A stretch of DNA of 64,000 nt from Thermotogaceae bacterium. GTDB lineage: Bacteria > Thermotogota > Thermotogae > B21-G9 > HyVt-16. The notes beneath the pieces are model-generated. The model was not told where the DNA came from and did no database searches. It saw nothing but the letters and a program-made list of their open reading frames with translations. Of the stretch, positions 31,096 to 41,780 are shown in pieces. The stretch lies in assembly GCA_029981435.1 (NCBI GenBank), contig JARRBB010000005.1, positions 1,934 to 65,933 of the forward strand, read 5' to 3'. The position numbers and the translations under genes were made by a program. How positions within the stretch are numbered: the first letter of the stretch is position 1; the number at the start of each line of letters is the position of its first letter.

Positions 31096-31386
31096 GTGCC
31101 AAGAAAACGTATGACGGGAACCGTTGTTAGCGATAAAATGGACAAGACAGTTGTAGTAAGTGTTGAAAGGCTTTTTCAGCACCCAAAATATAAGAAATAC
31201 GTTAAAAGAAATAAAAAATACAAGGCTCATGATGAAAACAACGAATGCAAAGTTGGAGACGTTGTAGAAATAGAAGAAACAAGACCATTGAGTAAAGAAA
31301 AACGCTGGCGAATAGTAAGAGTTGTCAAAAGATCCGTTCTCACTGAAAAAGAAATTCAAGAAGCTGAGGAGGATGATGCCTCATGA
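31096..31386 (+). CDS. rpsQ: 30S ribosomal protein S17
   Basis: [25 protein letters not shown] 31096 is 9 nt after GGAGG. Confidence 0.97.
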   Translation: MPRKRMTGTVVSDKMDKTVVVSVERLFQHPKYKKYVKRNKKYKAHDENNECKVGDVVEIEETRPLSKEKRWRIVRVVKRSVLTEKEIQEAEEDDAS

Positions 31387-31751
31387 TTCAGCAAGAATCA
31401 ATATTGAATGTTGCAGATAACTCGGGTGCAAAAAAGGTGTTGGTTATAAGAGTTCTTGGGGGTTCTCATAAGAAATATGCAAGAATAGGTGATATAATCA
31501 TCGGTACTGTAAAAGAAGCGGTACCCCATACCGACGTTAAAAAAGGTGATATTGTAAGAGGAGTTATAGTCAGAACAAGAAAAGAATACAGAAGAAAAGA
31601 TGGAAGCTATATTAGGTTCGATGATAACGCTGTGGTTCTGATAGATAAATTCAACGAACCAAGGGGTACAAGAATTTTCGGACCTGTTGCAAGAGAGTTA
31701 AGAGAAAAAGGGTATATGAGAATAATATCTCTGGCCCCAGAAGTTTTGTGA
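31383..31751 (+). CDS. rplN: 50S ribosomal protein L14
   Basis: [27 protein letters not shown]. Confidence 0.99.
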   Translation: MIQQESILNVADNSGAKKVLVIRVLGGSHKKYARIGDIIIGTVKEAVPHTDVKKGDIVRGVIVRTRKEYRRKDGSYIRFDDNAVVLIDKFNEPRGTRIFGPVARELREKGYMRIISLAPEVL

Positions 31752-31762
31752 GGTGATAAGAA

Positions 31763-32080
31763 ATGAGGATAAAAAAAGATGATGTTGTTGAAGTAATAAC
31801 AGGCAACGATAAAGGAAAGCGTGGAAAAGTGTTGAGGGTAATACCAAAGGAAAATAAAGTGATAGTTGAGAATATAAACATGAGAAAAAAACACCAGAGA
31901 CCTACTCCTTCTTTAAGAGAGGGTGGAATAATTGAAAGAGAAGAACCGATATATATATCCAAAGTAATGGTAGTATGTCCATCCTGTGATAGACCAACAA
32001 GGGTAGGAATCAGAAAACTTGAAGATGAGAGAAAGGCAAGATTCTGTAAAAAATGTGGAGAATTAATAGACAAAGTATAG
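31763..32080 (+). CDS. rplX: 50S ribosomal protein L24
   Basis: KOW motif VITGNDKGKRG; two CxxC pairs near the C-terminus. Confidence 0.98.
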   Translation: MRIKKDDVVEVITGNDKGKRGKVLRVIPKENKVIVENINMRKKHQRPTPSLREGGIIEREEPIYISKVMVVCPSCDRPTRVGIRKLEDERKARFCKKCGELIDKV

Positions 32081-32084
32081 AAAG

Positions 32085-32146
32085 GGAGGTGAACCCGGCT
32101 TATCCCGTGGTGCGAAGCACGGGAAAAGAGGTCGGGAGGAAATATG
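32085..32146 (+). promoter_or_regulatory. Structured rplE leader: SD-hairpin-ATG element
   Basis: GGAGGTGAA, outer stem CCCGGCT/GGTCGGG, inner stem TCCCGTG/CACGGGA, 7 nt, ATG. GC-rich against an AT-rich background. Confidence 0.65.
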
Positions 32147-32692
32147 GAAGTACCTTTAAAGAAAATTTATGAAGAAGAAGTAGTCCCTGCGTTGATGAAA
32201 GAATTTGGTTACAAAAACAAGCTTCAAGTTCCCAGGCTTGTTAAAATTGTTTTAAATATGGGAATTGGTGAAGGTTCAAGAAACAGAGATATAATCGAGC
32301 AGCACGCTAAAGAAATGGAATTGATAGCAGGTCAAAAACCTGTTATTACAAAGGCGAAAAGAGCTATCTCTAACTTCAAGATAAGAAAGGGTATGCCTGT
32401 TGGTGTGAAAGTTACTTTACGTGGAAAGAATATGTACAATTTCCTTTATAAATTGATAAATCTTTCTTTACCGAAGGTTAGAGACTTCAGAGGTGTTAAC
32501 CCAAATTCGTTCGATGGAAGAGGAAATTTCTCTATGGGTATTACAGAACAACTTATTTTTCCTGAAATATCACCAGATCAGGTTAAGAGAATTCAGGGAA
32601 TGGATATCATAATCGTCACGACCGCAAAGACCAATGAAGAAGCAAGAAGATTGCTCGAATTGTTGGGAATGCCTTTTAGAAAACAACAGTAA
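32144..32692 (+). CDS. rplE: 50S ribosomal protein L5
   Basis: [31 protein letters not shown]. Confidence 0.99.
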   Translation: MEVPLKKIYEEEVVPALMKEFGYKNKLQVPRLVKIVLNMGIGEGSRNRDIIEQHAKEMELIAGQKPVITKAKRAISNFKIRKGMPVGVKVTLRGKNMYNFLYKLINLSLPKVRDFRGVNPNSFDGRGNFSMGITEQLIFPEISPDQVKRIQGMDIIIVTTAKTNEEARRLLELLGMPFRKQQ

Positions 32693-32712
32693 GTTGGGAG
32701 AGGTGAATAAAA

Positions 32713-32898
32713 TTGCCAAGAAAAGGTATTATAGAGAGATGGAAAAAACCTAAGAAATACAAGGTCAGAGAATATACAAGATGTAAGATTTGTGGCCGAC
32801 CAAAAGCCGTCTACCGTGAATTCGAATTGTGCAGAGTATGTTTCAGAAAACTGGCACACGAAGGAAAACTACCTGGCGTAAAAAAGGCCAGCTGGTAA
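32713..32898 (+). CDS. rpsZ: 30S ribosomal protein S14 type Z (zinc-binding)
   Basis: RCKICGR...[15 protein letters not shown]; 61 aa. Confidence 0.98.
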   Translation: MPRKGIIERWKKPKKYKVREYTRCKICGRPKAVYREFELCRVCFRKLAHEGKLPGVKKASW

Positions 32899-32929
32899 GT
32901 TATTGGTACAAAGTAAAGGAGGGAGCTTA

Positions 32930-33334
32930 ATGTGGAGTGATCCCATTGCTGATATGTTGAACAGACTCAGAACAGCGAACTTAGTCTTTAAAGATAATGT
33001 TACCGTTCCCGCGTCTAAATTAAAGCTTGAAATTTGTAAAATCCTTAAAGACGAAGGTTTCATAGCCGATTACAAATACATAGAAGATGGCAAACAGGGA
33101 ATAATAAAGATATCTATGAAATACAAAGGTGATAGAAGAAACAGGGAAAGAGTAATAAATGGAATAGTGCGTGTTTCAAAAAGTGGTAGGAGAATTTATG
33201 TAACGAAAGACAAACTTCCGAGAGTTAAAGGTGGACTCGGAATAGCAATAGTTACTACTTCAAAAGGAGTTATGACTGACAAAAAAGCAAGAGAACTTGG
33301 AGTTGGCGGAGAAGTCATAGCTTACATCTGGTAA
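32930..33334 (+). CDS. rpsH: 30S ribosomal protein S8
   Basis: [29 protein letters not shown] 32930 follows GGAGG. Confidence 0.99.
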   Translation: MWSDPIADMLNRLRTANLVFKDNVTVPASKLKLEICKILKDEGFIADYKYIEDGKQGIIKISMKYKGDRRNRERVINGIVRVSKSGRRIYVTKDKLPRVKGGLGIAIVTTSKGVMTDKKARELGVGGEVIAYIW

Positions 33335-33350
33335 TAGGAGGTGGGTAATA

Positions 33351-33917
33351 ATGAAAACCGCTGTTTCGAGACTTGCAAAATATCCTATAGATATTCCAAG
33401 CAATGTAGAAGTGAAGATAGAAGGCAATGTGATAACTGTTAAAGGTCCAAAAGGTGAGTTGAAAAGAGAAATAAATGAACTTGTTGAATGTAAGATAGAG
33501 AACAACCAGATTCATGTTTCACCAAATATGAGTATGTTGAAAAGAAAAAGCTTCGCAAAAAATCTTAGAATTTTCACTGGTACATACTGGTCACACATAA
33601 GAAATATGATAAAAGGTGTAAGTGAAGGTTTTTCAAAGGAGCTGGAAATTGTTGGTATTGGATATCGTGCTCAACTGCAGGGTAAAAAGCTGGTCTTAAA
33701 CCTTGGTTATTCACATCCTGTAGAAATAGAAATTCCAAATGATTTACAAGTAGAGGTTCCAGAGCCAACCAGAGTGATAGTCAAAGGTATTGATAAAGAA
33801 AGAGTAGGACAGTTTGCTGCAAACATTAAAGCTTGGAGAAAACCGAACGTTTACAGTGGTAAGGGCATAAGGTATAAAGGTGAAGTGATCAGAACCAAAG
33901 TCGGTAAGAAGGTTTAA
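33351..33917 (+). CDS. rplF: 50S ribosomal protein L6
   Basis: [28 protein letters not shown]. Confidence 0.99.
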   Translation: MKTAVSRLAKYPIDIPSNVEVKIEGNVITVKGPKGELKREINELVECKIENNQIHVSPNMSMLKRKSFAKNLRIFTGTYWSHIRNMIKGVSEGFSKELEIVGIGYRAQLQGKKLVLNLGYSHPVEIEIPNDLQVEVPEPTRVIVKGIDKERVGQFAANIKAWRKPNVYSGKGIRYKGEVIRTKVGKKV

Positions 33918-33932
33918 TGGAGGGTGATCGTT

Positions 33933-34301
33933 GTGATTAAAAGAATAAATAGAGAGGCTTTGAGGAAAAGAAGGCATCTTCGAGTCAGAAAAAAAGTTTT
34001 CGGAACACCTGAACGCCCAAGGTTGTGTGTTTATAGAAGTGAAAAACATATTTACGCCCAGATAATAGATGACACAGCAGGACATACCATCGTCAGTGCC
34101 TCAACTCTCGATAAAGAACTTAAAGATTCTCTTGCGAAAACATGGAACAAGACAGCTGCGAGAGAAGTGGGAAAACTCATTGGAAAGAGAGCACTGGAAA
34201 AAGGTATTCAGACTGTGGTTTTTGACCGTGGTGGTTTTAAGTACCATGGACGTGTTAAAGAACTTGCTGAAGGTGCTAGAGAAGCAGGATTAAAGTTTTA
34301 G
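33933..34301 (+). CDS. rplR: 50S ribosomal protein L18
   Basis: [29 protein letters not shown] 33933 is 9 nt after GGAGG. Confidence 0.98.
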   Translation: MIKRINREALRKRRHLRVRKKVFGTPERPRLCVYRSEKHIYAQIIDDTAGHTIVSASTLDKELKDSLAKTWNKTAAREVGKLIGKRALEKGIQTVVFDRGGFKYHGRVKELAEGAREAGLKF

Positions 34302-34315
34302 GGAGGGATAAATGA

Positions 34316-34816
34316 ATGCCAAACGATTTTGAAGAAAGAGTTGTTGAGATAAGAAGAGTAACCAAAGTCGTAAAAGGTGGAAAAAATCTTCACTTCAGAG
34401 CTTTAGCAGTCGTTGGAGATAGAAATGGCAAAGTTGGAATAGGAATTGGAAATGCAAGAGAAGTCCCTGAAGCTATTAGAAAAGCTATAACGGATGCCAA
34501 GAAAAATTTAATCAGTGTTCCTATAATAAATGGCACGATACCCCACGATATTATTGCAAGACATGATGCAGCGAGAATTGTTCTAAAGCCAGCCACACCT
34601 GGTACTGGAATAATTGCATCTGGTTCTGTCAGAGCGGTAGTTGAGCTTGCAGGAATTCAGAATATATTAACAAAGAACCTTGGATCAACAACAGCTTTAA
34701 ACGTTGTCAGAGCTACATTCGAGGGACTCAAAAAATTGAAAGCGCCACAAGATATTGCAAAGTTGAGGGACATATCAGTAAAAGAAGTATTCAAAGGTGC
34801 AAGTAAGGAGGGATAA
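34316..34816 (+). CDS. rpsE: 30S ribosomal protein S5
   Basis: [23 protein letters not shown]. Confidence 0.99.
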   Translation: MPNDFEERVVEIRRVTKVVKGGKNLHFRALAVVGDRNGKVGIGIGNAREVPEAIRKAITDAKKNLISVPIINGTIPHDIIARHDAARIVLKPATPGTGIIASGSVRAVVELAGIQNILTKNLGSTTALNVVRATFEGLKKLKAPQDIAKLRDISVKEVFKGASKEG

Positions 34817-34818
34817 AA

Positions 34819-35004
34819 ATGGCTAAGTTAAGAATAAAACTTGTTAAGAGTCCTATAGGTTATTCTAAAGACCAGAAAGCAACGGTTAGAGCCCTTGGAT
34901 TGAGACGATTGAATTATGAGGTCGTGAAGGAAGATTCACCGCAGATAGTGGGTATGATAAGAAAAGTAGCACATCTTTTAAAAGTAGAAAAAGTCGAAGA
35001 ATAA
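34819..35004 (+). CDS. rpmD: 50S ribosomal protein L30
   Basis: [25 protein letters not shown]. Confidence 0.98.
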   Translation: MAKLRIKLVKSPIGYSKDQKATVRALGLRRLNYEVVKEDSPQIVGMIRKVAHLLKVEKVEE

Positions 35005-35021
35005 GGAAGGAGGTACTTCAG

Positions 35022-35465
35022 ATGAGATTAGAAGATCTCAGACCAACACCTGGTTCAAGACAAAAGTCAAAGAGATTGGGAAGGGGTCATGCTTCAGGTT
35101 TAGGAAAAACAAGTGGAAAAGGTCATAAAGGTCAAAAAGCACGAAGCGGTGGAGGAGTAAGGATAGGATTCGAAGGTGGTCAAACTCCAATATACAGAAG
35201 ATTACCTATGAAAGGATTCAAAAACATAAATAAAAAGCACTACTGTGTATTGAACTTGAAATTCCTTGAAGAAAAATTCCAGCCGAATCAGGAAGTAACA
35301 CCAGAATTACTCTTAAAAAAAGGCTATGTAAAGAAAATCATGGATGGTATAAAGATACTTGGTGATGGTGAACTTTCAAAACCTTTAATCATTAAGGCTC
35401 ACGCATTCAGTAAAAAGGCAGTAGAAAAAATCGAAGCTGCTGGCGGAAGAATTGAGGTGATCTGA
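35022..35465 (+). CDS. rplO: 50S ribosomal protein L15
   Basis: [30 protein letters not shown]. Confidence 0.99.
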   Translation: MRLEDLRPTPGSRQKSKRLGRGHASGLGKTSGKGHKGQKARSGGGVRIGFEGGQTPIYRRLPMKGFKNINKKHYCVLNLKFLEEKFQPNQEVTPELLLKKGYVKKIMDGIKILGDGELSKPLIIKAHAFSKKAVEKIEAAGGRIEVI

Positions 35466-35466
35466 A

Positions 35467-36756
35467 GTGTGGAAGGCTCTGAGAAATGCCTTCAAAATAC
35501 CTGAACTACGTGACAGAATAATATTCACACTCCTTGCGCTTATAGTTTTCAGGCTTGGTGTTTACATACCGATTCCTGGTATAAACATAAGGAGTTGGGC
35601 ACAGTTTTTTGAATCATTCAGAACCGGTGCCGTTGGAGGACTTTTCAGTTTCTTTGATGTCTTTGTAGGTGGCGCCCTCAGTCAGTATTCTATATTCACG
35701 ATGAGTGTTACACCTTATATAAATGCATCCATAATTTTACAGCTTTTAATGGCGGTTGTTCCAAAGCTCAAAGAAATAGCTCGTGAAGGAGAACAAGGAA
35801 GGAAAAAGTTGGCAAAATATACAAGATATTTAACCGTTTTACTCGGAGGTCTTCAGGCTTTCATGTTGTCGTTCGCAATAAGTAGAAACCCGCAACTTAT
35901 TGCTCCAGGTGTATCGCCATTTGGGTTCGTACTTGTATCCACAGTAACTTTACTTGGTGGTACCATGTTCCTGCTGTGGCTTGGTGAAAGAATAACCGAA
36001 AAGGGTATAGGGAACGGAATTTCTGTTTTGATATTTGCAGGAATAGTCTCAAGATATCCACAGTACTTTGGCCAAGCACTTATTGGTGGCTTAAATGCTC
36101 TGGATTGGATATTCCTTATCGTGATCGTTCTTGCGGTTGTAGTTGGAATAATAATGGTACAGCAGGGTGAAAGAAGAATAACCATACAATATGCAAGAAG
36201 AATAAGTGGTAGAAGAGTGTACGGAGGCCAATCGACTTATATTCCTATTCGTGTGAATCAGGGTGGTGTTATCCCAATAATCTTCGCAAGTGCGATAATG
36301 GTTATCCCAAGTGCACTCGGTACTTTGACTAATTCACCAACTGTTCAATCACTTTTTGCTACAGGTTCTGTTCTTTATCTTGTACTTTATGCAGCATTGG
36401 TTTTCTTCTTTACATACTTCTACAGTATTGTCGTCTTTGATGTTCATGATGTATCTGAAAATATTAAAAGCTACGGCGGCTTTATACCTGGTATAAGACC
36501 AGGAAAAAGCACTGAAAACCATATTCAAAAGATATTGAACAGAGTAACTTTCATAGGCGCTTTGTTCCTCGTTATAATCGCTTTGCTCCCATACTTAATA
36601 AGAGGTGCTGTGGGTGTTAACATATGGCTTGGTGGTACCTCTGCCCTGATAGCCGTTGGTGTTGCTCTTGATGTTCTCCAACAAATTGAAACACATCTTA
36701 TAATGAGACACTACGAAGGATTCGTTAAAAAAGGTCGACTCAGAGGAAGGAGGTAA
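35467..36756 (+). CDS. secY: Preprotein translocase subunit SecY
   Basis: PYINASII, WLGERITEKGIGNG, GVIPIIFAS, FIPGIRPG. Confidence 0.99.
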   Translation: MWKALRNAFKIPELRDRIIFTLLALIVFRLGVYIPIPGINIRSWAQFFESFRTGAVGGLFSFFDVFVGGALSQYSIFTMSVTPYINASIILQLLMAVVPKLKEIAREGEQGRKKLAKYTRYLTVLLGGLQAFMLSFAISRNPQLIAPGVSPFGFVLVSTVTLLGGTMFLLWLGERITEKGIGNGISVLIFAGIVSRYPQYFGQALIGGLNALDWIFLIVIVLAVVVGIIMVQQGERRITIQYARRISGRRVYGGQSTYIPIRVNQGGVIPIIFASAIMVIPSALGTLTNSPTVQSLFATGSVLYLVLYAALVFFFTYFYSIVVFDVHDVSENIKSYGGFIPGIRPGKSTENHIQKILNRVTFIGALFLVIIALLPYLIRGAVGVNIWLGGTSALIAVGVALDVLQQIETHLIMRHYEGFVKKGRLRGRR

Positions 36757-36761
36757 TTTAG

Positions 36762-37412
36762 ATGAATTTGCTCTTTATGGGACCTCCGGGGGCAGGAAAA
36801 GGCACCCAAGCCAAGAGAATAAGTCAGAAGTACAATATACCCCATATATCAACCGGTGATATGTTGAGAGAAGCCGTTGCAAAAGGTACGGAGCTTGGAT
36901 TGAAAGTTAAGGAAGTAATGGAACGAGGCGAACTTGTATCTGATGAGCTCATAAACGAAATAGTTGAGGAAAGACTTTCACAGAAGGACTGCGATAACGG
37001 TTTCATACTGGATGGATATCCCAGAACACTCGTACAGGCACAGAGTCTTGATGAAATACTTAAAAAACTCTCAAAAAAACTTGACAGAGTGATTTTTGTA
37101 GATGTCCCAGAGGAAAGGTTGGTTCTTAGGATAACCAGTAGAAGAGTTTGTCCAAAATGTGGAAGAGTTTACAACCTGATAAGTTTGAAGCCAAAAGTTG
37201 ATGAACAATGTGATGATTGTGGCGTGAAATTACTTCAGAGGGATGATGATAAAGAAGAAACAGTTCGTCAGAGATATAAAGTTTACATGGAATCCACTCA
37301 ACCTTTAATAAATTATTACAAAGAAAAGGGTATACTTGAAGTTGTTGATGGAGACAGAGATATCGATGTTATCACAAAGGATATATTAAACATTCTGGAG
37401 GAATTGGTTTGA
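36762..37412 (+). CDS. adk: Adenylate kinase (zinc-lid type)
   Basis: [28 protein letters not shown]...CDDC lid. Confidence 0.99.
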   Translation: MNLLFMGPPGAGKGTQAKRISQKYNIPHISTGDMLREAVAKGTELGLKVKEVMERGELVSDELINEIVEERLSQKDCDNGFILDGYPRTLVQAQSLDEILKKLSKKLDRVIFVDVPEERLVLRITSRRVCPKCGRVYNLISLKPKVDEQCDDCGVKLLQRDDDKEETVRQRYKVYMESTQPLINYYKEKGILEVVDGDRDIDVITKDILNILEELV

Positions 37413-38176
37413 TAATCCTTAAAAGGTTATATGAAATAAAGAAGATGGCTCTTGCAGGCAGGATTCTTGGGGAGCTTTTTGAAATATTACCTGATAGACT
37501 AAAAGAAGGAGTCAGTACTTTTGAAATTGATAAGTTTATAGAAGAATTTATATTTAAAAATGGTGCCAGACCTGCTTTTAAAGGGTATGAAGGCTACAGT
37601 TTTTCAAGTTGTATATCCATAAATAATGAAATTATTCATGGACTTCCTTCTAAAAACAAGATCATCAAGTCAGGAGATATTGTTTCTATAGACGTGGGAA
37701 CCGTCGTTGATGGTTATTATGGTGATGCTGCAAGAACATACATAGTTGGCACACCGAAAAATTTTCTTGACGAAAAACTTGTTGAGGTGACCTTTGAGGC
37801 ACTTGAGATGGGTATAAAAAATGCTGTGGTTGGAAAAAATATAGGAGATGTTTCTTATTCCATTCAAAATCATGTTGAAACAAATGGTTTTTCAGTGGTT
37901 AGAGACTTCGTTGGTCATGGAGTTGGTAGAAAACTTCATGAAGATCCTCAAGTGCCCAATTATGGAACTCCAGGTACTGGTGCAAAAATAATGAATGGTA
38001 TGACATTGGCATTGGAACCAATGGTTTGTCAGGGAGACTGGAGAATTGACATATTAAGCGATGGCTGGACTGTTGTAACACTCGACGGGAAAAACGCAGC
38101 ACATTTTGAAGATACAATTGCTATCGTTGATGGTCAGCCTCTTATACTGACGAGGATTGAAGGGGGCTTTTCATGA
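37409..38176 (+). CDS. map: Methionine aminopeptidase type I
   Basis: [33 protein letters not shown]. Confidence 0.98.
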   Translation: MIILKRLYEIKKMALAGRILGELFEILPDRLKEGVSTFEIDKFIEEFIFKNGARPAFKGYEGYSFSSCISINNEIIHGLPSKNKIIKSGDIVSIDVGTVVDGYYGDAARTYIVGTPKNFLDEKLVEVTFEALEMGIKNAVVGKNIGDVSYSIQNHVETNGFSVVRDFVGHGVGRKLHEDPQVPNYGTPGTGAKIMNGMTLALEPMVCQGDWRIDILSDGWTVVTLDGKNAAHFEDTIAIVDGQPLILTRIEGGFS

Positions 38177-38421
38177 AGAAAGAAGAAACTATAAAACTTG
38201 AAGGAAAGATAGTTGAAGCGCTTCCAAATGCTATGTTCAGAGTTGAACTTGATAATGGTTTTAAAATTCTGGCTCATGTTTCTGGCAAAATGCGAAAGAA
38301 CTTTATAAGACTCGTCTTAGGAGACAGGGTTGTAGTAGAATTATCACCCTATGATTTGACAAGAGGAAGGATAATATATAGAAAAAAAGCTGGTAGGAGG
38401 GAAGAAGACAATGAAAGTTAG
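38173..38421 (+). CDS. infA: Translation initiation factor IF-1
   Basis: [35 protein letters not shown]. Confidence 0.98.
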   Translation: MKKEETIKLEGKIVEALPNAMFRVELDNGFKILAHVSGKMRKNFIRLVLGDRVVVELSPYDLTRGRIIYRKKAGRREEDNES

Positions 38422-38527
38422 AGCTTCTGTTAAAAGAAGATGTGAATATTGTAAAGTTATAAAGAGAAAAGGGCGTGTTAGAATTCTTTGCTCAAGGAAT
38501 CCAAAACATAATCAGAGACAAGGTTAA
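38411..38527 (+). CDS. rpmJ: 50S ribosomal protein L36 (not in the ORF track; 38 aa)
   Basis: Manual translation [38 protein letters not shown]; SD AGGAGG lies inside infA. Confidence 0.98.
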   Translation: MKVRASVKRRCEYCKVIKRKGRVRILCSRNPKHNQRQG

Positions 38528-38549
38528 GATTCTAAGGAGGGATATTTGA

Positions 38550-38921
38550 ATGGCTCGTATTGTTGGTGTAGAGTTACCTAATCAAAAGAAGTTGTTTATT
38601 GCCTTGACTTATATATATGGTATAGGTAGAACAAGAGCAAATGAAATACTACAAGCAACCGGAATAGACCCAGATAAAAGGGTAAAAGATCTTACTGAAG
38701 AAGAAATAAGTAAAATAACTCAGTTCATAAATGAGAACTACAAAATAGAAGGTGAACTGAGACAGGAGGTTCAGAGAAACATAAAAAGATTGATAGACAT
38801 AGGTTGTTATAGAGGTGTTCGTCACAGGCTTGGTTTACCTGTTAGAGGTCAGAGAACCAGAACAAATGCAAGAACCAGAAAAGGTCCAAGACCAGGTATA
38901 GGTTCTAAAAAGAAGAAATAA
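38550..38921 (+). CDS. rpsM: 30S ribosomal protein S13
   Basis: [30 protein letters not shown]. Confidence 0.99.
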   Translation: MARIVGVELPNQKKLFIALTYIYGIGRTRANEILQATGIDPDKRVKDLTEEEISKITQFINENYKIEGELRQEVQRNIKRLIDIGCYRGVRHRLGLPVRGQRTRTNARTRKGPRPGIGSKKKK

Positions 38922-38941
38922 GCGGGAGGTGCTTTTAATAA

Positions 38942-39340
38942 ATGGCTAAAAAAGCTTCAAGAGGTAGAGGGACTGCTAAGAAGAAGAGATTGACCACTGA
39001 CCGTGGAGTAGCACACATAAAATCTACATTTAACAACACTATAATAACCATAACTGATCCAGATGGAAACACGATAGCCTGGGCAAGTGCTGGAACGGTT
39101 GGATTTTCTGGAACTAAAAAGGGGACACCTTACGCAGCACAACTTGCCGCAGATAAAGTTGCAAAGGAAGTCTTGAAAATGGGATTGAAGAAACTCAACG
39201 TAGAGGTTAAAGGCCCTGGATCAGGTAGAGAAGCAGCTATAAGAACGTTACAGGCTGCCGGTTTGGAAGTTCAACAAATTAAAGATGTCACTCCAATACC
39301 ACACAACGGTTGTAGACCAAGAAAAAGAAGAAGAGTTTAA
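38942..39340 (+). CDS. rpsK: 30S ribosomal protein S11
   Basis: [24 protein letters not shown]. Confidence 0.99.
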   Translation: MAKKASRGRGTAKKKRLTTDRGVAHIKSTFNNTIITITDPDGNTIAWASAGTVGFSGTKKGTPYAAQLAADKVAKEVLKMGLKKLNVEVKGPGSGREAAIRTLQAAGLEVQQIKDVTPIPHNGCRPRKRRRV

Positions 39341-39358
39341 TACGAGGAGGGAAATAAC

Positions 39359-39985
39359 GTGGCTAGATATACCGGGTCAGTTTGTAGGCTTTGCAGACGC
39401 GAAGGAGTAAAACTTTATTTAAAAGGCCAAAGATGTTATAGTGAAAAATGTGCTTTTGATAAAAGACCATTTGTTCCCGGACAACATGGTTCTGCAAGAC
39501 AGAAGATGACTCAGTACGCTTTACAATTGAGAGCAAAACAGACTATGAAAAGAATATATGGAGTTCTTGAAAGACAATTCAGAAACTATTTTGCTGAAGC
39601 AGTTAAAACAAAAGGTGTTACAGGCGAAAGACTCGTTAAGATAGTTGAATCACGGCTTGATAATGTCGTTTACAGAATGGGTTTTGCTTTCAGCAGAAGA
39701 CAGGCAAGACAACTTGTAAATCACGGACACGTTTATGTTAATGGTAAAAAAGTTACCATACCATCTTATAGGTTGAGAGAAGGAGATATCATAGAGATAA
39801 AAGAAAAGAGTAGAAACATACCTTTTGTAAAAGAAGCTGCTGAATCATCAAGAGAAAGAATAACTCCAAAATGGCTTGAAGTAGATTATGATAACTTCAG
39901 AGGTACGTTCTTGAGAACGCCTGAGATCGATGAAATCGAATTGCCTGCAGATGTTCAGGCGATAGTTGAATTGTACTCCAAGTGA
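39359..39985 (+). CDS. rpsD: 30S ribosomal protein S4
   Basis: [39 protein letters not shown]. Confidence 0.99.
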   Translation: MARYTGSVCRLCRREGVKLYLKGQRCYSEKCAFDKRPFVPGQHGSARQKMTQYALQLRAKQTMKRIYGVLERQFRNYFAEAVKTKGVTGERLVKIVESRLDNVVYRMGFAFSRRQARQLVNHGHVYVNGKKVTIPSYRLREGDIIEIKEKSRNIPFVKEAAESSRERITPKWLEVDYDNFRGTFLRTPEIDEIELPADVQAIVELYSK

Positions 39986-40000
39986 TACTATTAACTCCAA

Positions 40001-40038
40001 GGAGGTGAACCTGGTCATTTTGGCCGGGGTTGTTCATG
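40001..40038 (+). promoter_or_regulatory. Structured rpoA leader: SD-hairpin-ATG element
   Basis: GGAGGTGAA, stem CCTGGTC/GGCCGGG, 7 nt, ATG. Same geometry as the rplE leader. Confidence 0.65.
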
Positions 40039-41064
40039 ATAGAATATGTAATGCCGAAGAAATTGATAGTCGAGGAAGAGAGAGAAGACGGTGAGTTTTA
40101 TTATGCACGTTTTTCTCTTTCGCCTCTTGAGAAAGGTTATTCAATAACTTTAGGAAATGCTTTGAGAAGAGTTTTATTATCTTCCATACCTTCTCTGGCA
40201 ATAACAAAAGTCAAAATACTTGACAAGTATCATGAATACGATACTATAGAGGGAGTAAAGGAAGATATAGTTGAAATATTATTGAATCTGAAAAAGGTAC
40301 AGTTGAGAGTCACAACTTCTGAAATTGATAAAATCAATCGTCTTGTTGTTGAAAAAAGAGGTCCTGGCGATTTGCTTGCAGGTGATATCAAATGTCCTAT
40401 TGGTATTGAGGTGGCCAACCCTGAACTTAAAATAGCCACACTCAATGAAGATGCAAATGTTTACATGGAATTATTTGCAGAATTAGGGAAAGGTTATGTC
40501 CCTGTTGCAGAGCGCGAAGAGGAAACTGATATACAAATCATACCGATAGACGGTATTTTCAGTCCCGTTATGAAAGTGAATTTTCTGACCGAAAACGTTA
40601 GGGTTGGTAAAAGGACAGATTATGATAAACTCATTTTGGAAGTCTGGACTAAAAAGTCTGTAAAACCTTCTGAAGCTTTGAAAAGAGCATGTAACATACT
40701 CATAGAGCATTTCAATGTGATAGAAAGAAGTTTAGGAAACGTTCTAGAATTTGGAAAAGAACAGTTCGTAGAGGTTGACAAGACTAATTATGGATTTGAA
40801 GAAGAAATTGAAGAAATCGAAGATTACGAGGAAGAACTTGATGAAAAAATAGACGAAGAGATATTCTTAAAACCAATAGAAGAGTTAGAACTGTCTGTAA
40901 GATCTCTGAATTGTTTGAAAAGAGATAAAATAGAAACAATTGGAGACCTTTTAAACAGAACAGAAGACGAACTTTTGAGGATACGGAATTTTGGTAAGAA
41001 ATCGCTGGATGAAGTTAAGGAAAAACTTCAAGAAAAGTTCGGATTAACTCTTAGAGAGAAATAA
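40036..41064 (+). CDS. rpoA: RNA polymerase subunit alpha
   Basis: [46 protein letters not shown]. Confidence 0.99.
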   Translation: MIEYVMPKKLIVEEEREDGEFYYARFSLSPLEKGYSITLGNALRRVLLSSIPSLAITKVKILDKYHEYDTIEGVKEDIVEILLNLKKVQLRVTTSEIDKINRLVVEKRGPGDLLAGDIKCPIGIEVANPELKIATLNEDANVYMELFAELGKGYVPVAEREEETDIQIIPIDGIFSPVMKVNFLTENVRVGKRTDYDKLILEVWTKKSVKPSEALKRACNILIEHFNVIERSLGNVLEFGKEQFVEVDKTNYGFEEEIEEIEDYEEELDEKIDEEIFLKPIEELELSVRSLNCLKRDKIETIGDLLNRTEDELLRIRNFGKKSLDEVKEKLQEKFGLTLREK

Positions 41065-41085
41065 AAAATATTAGGAGGGTCTGTA

Positions 41086-41451
41086 ATGAGACATAGAGTA
41101 AAAAACAAAACTCTTAATAAATACGCAAGTCATAGAATCGCAATGTTGAGAAACATAGCACGTGAGGTCTTCGAACATGGTACTATAATCACAACTGCTC
41201 CAAAAGCCAAAGCCGCAAGAGTACTAATTGAAAAAATAATCACGAAAGCTAAAAGAGGAGATATTTGGTCAAGAAGGCTGATCGATAGAGAACTTCATGA
41301 CAGGCGTCTCACAAACAAAGTTGTAGATGAGATAGCACCAAAGTTCAATGATAGAAATGGTGGCTACACAAGGATTCTAAAACTTGGTCAGAGAAGAGGC
41401 GACGGAGCCGAGATGGTTTTATTACAACTTGTTAAGACTGAAGAGGAGTAG
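41086..41451 (+). CDS. rplQ: 50S ribosomal protein L17
   Basis: [24 protein letters not shown]. Confidence 0.99.
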   Translation: MRHRVKNKTLNKYASHRIAMLRNIAREVFEHGTIITTAPKAKAARVLIEKIITKAKRGDIWSRRLIDRELHDRRLTNKVVDEIAPKFNDRNGGYTRILKLGQRRGDGAEMVLLQLVKTEEE

Positions 41452-41462
41452 ATCCAGATCAA

Positions 41463-41714
41463 TTGGAAAGAGTTTTGATTTTCTTCTTAATGGTCAATCT
41501 TCTTGGGTTTTTAGGGGGCTTCTTTGGAAAAAACGGTAAATATAAAGTCATAAACTCTTTCAACGAGTACCTTTTTTCGTTGGGGGGAGGGGCGTTTGGT
41601 TTTTTGCTATCCCTTTTCATTTTAAAAAAATTCCCTTCCTTTAAAAGTTTGATTTTGATGATAGTCACGAATTTTGCAATTTATGCTTCATTGTTAGCAA
41701 TAAATGTAAAATAA
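41463..41714 (+). CDS. Small membrane protein, possibly a divergent DUF1294 member
   Basis: Three hydrophobic segments; NLLGF and LGGGAFG; SD GAGGAG upstream of a TTG start. Confidence 0.5.
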   Translation: MERVLIFFLMVNLLGFLGGFFGKNGKYKVINSFNEYLFSLGGGAFGFLLSLFILKKFPSFKSLILMIVTNFAIYASLLAINVK

Positions 41715-41780
41715 CTTCTAATTTCAGTCGCAATAACAGCTTTTAGTATTGTTGCTGATACAAACATGGGAGGTGTCAAT

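Noticed and set aside
40795-40862. GAA-rich repeat-like tract in rpoA
   Set aside because: It encodes the acidic NTD-CTD linker and is not a DNA repeat element.
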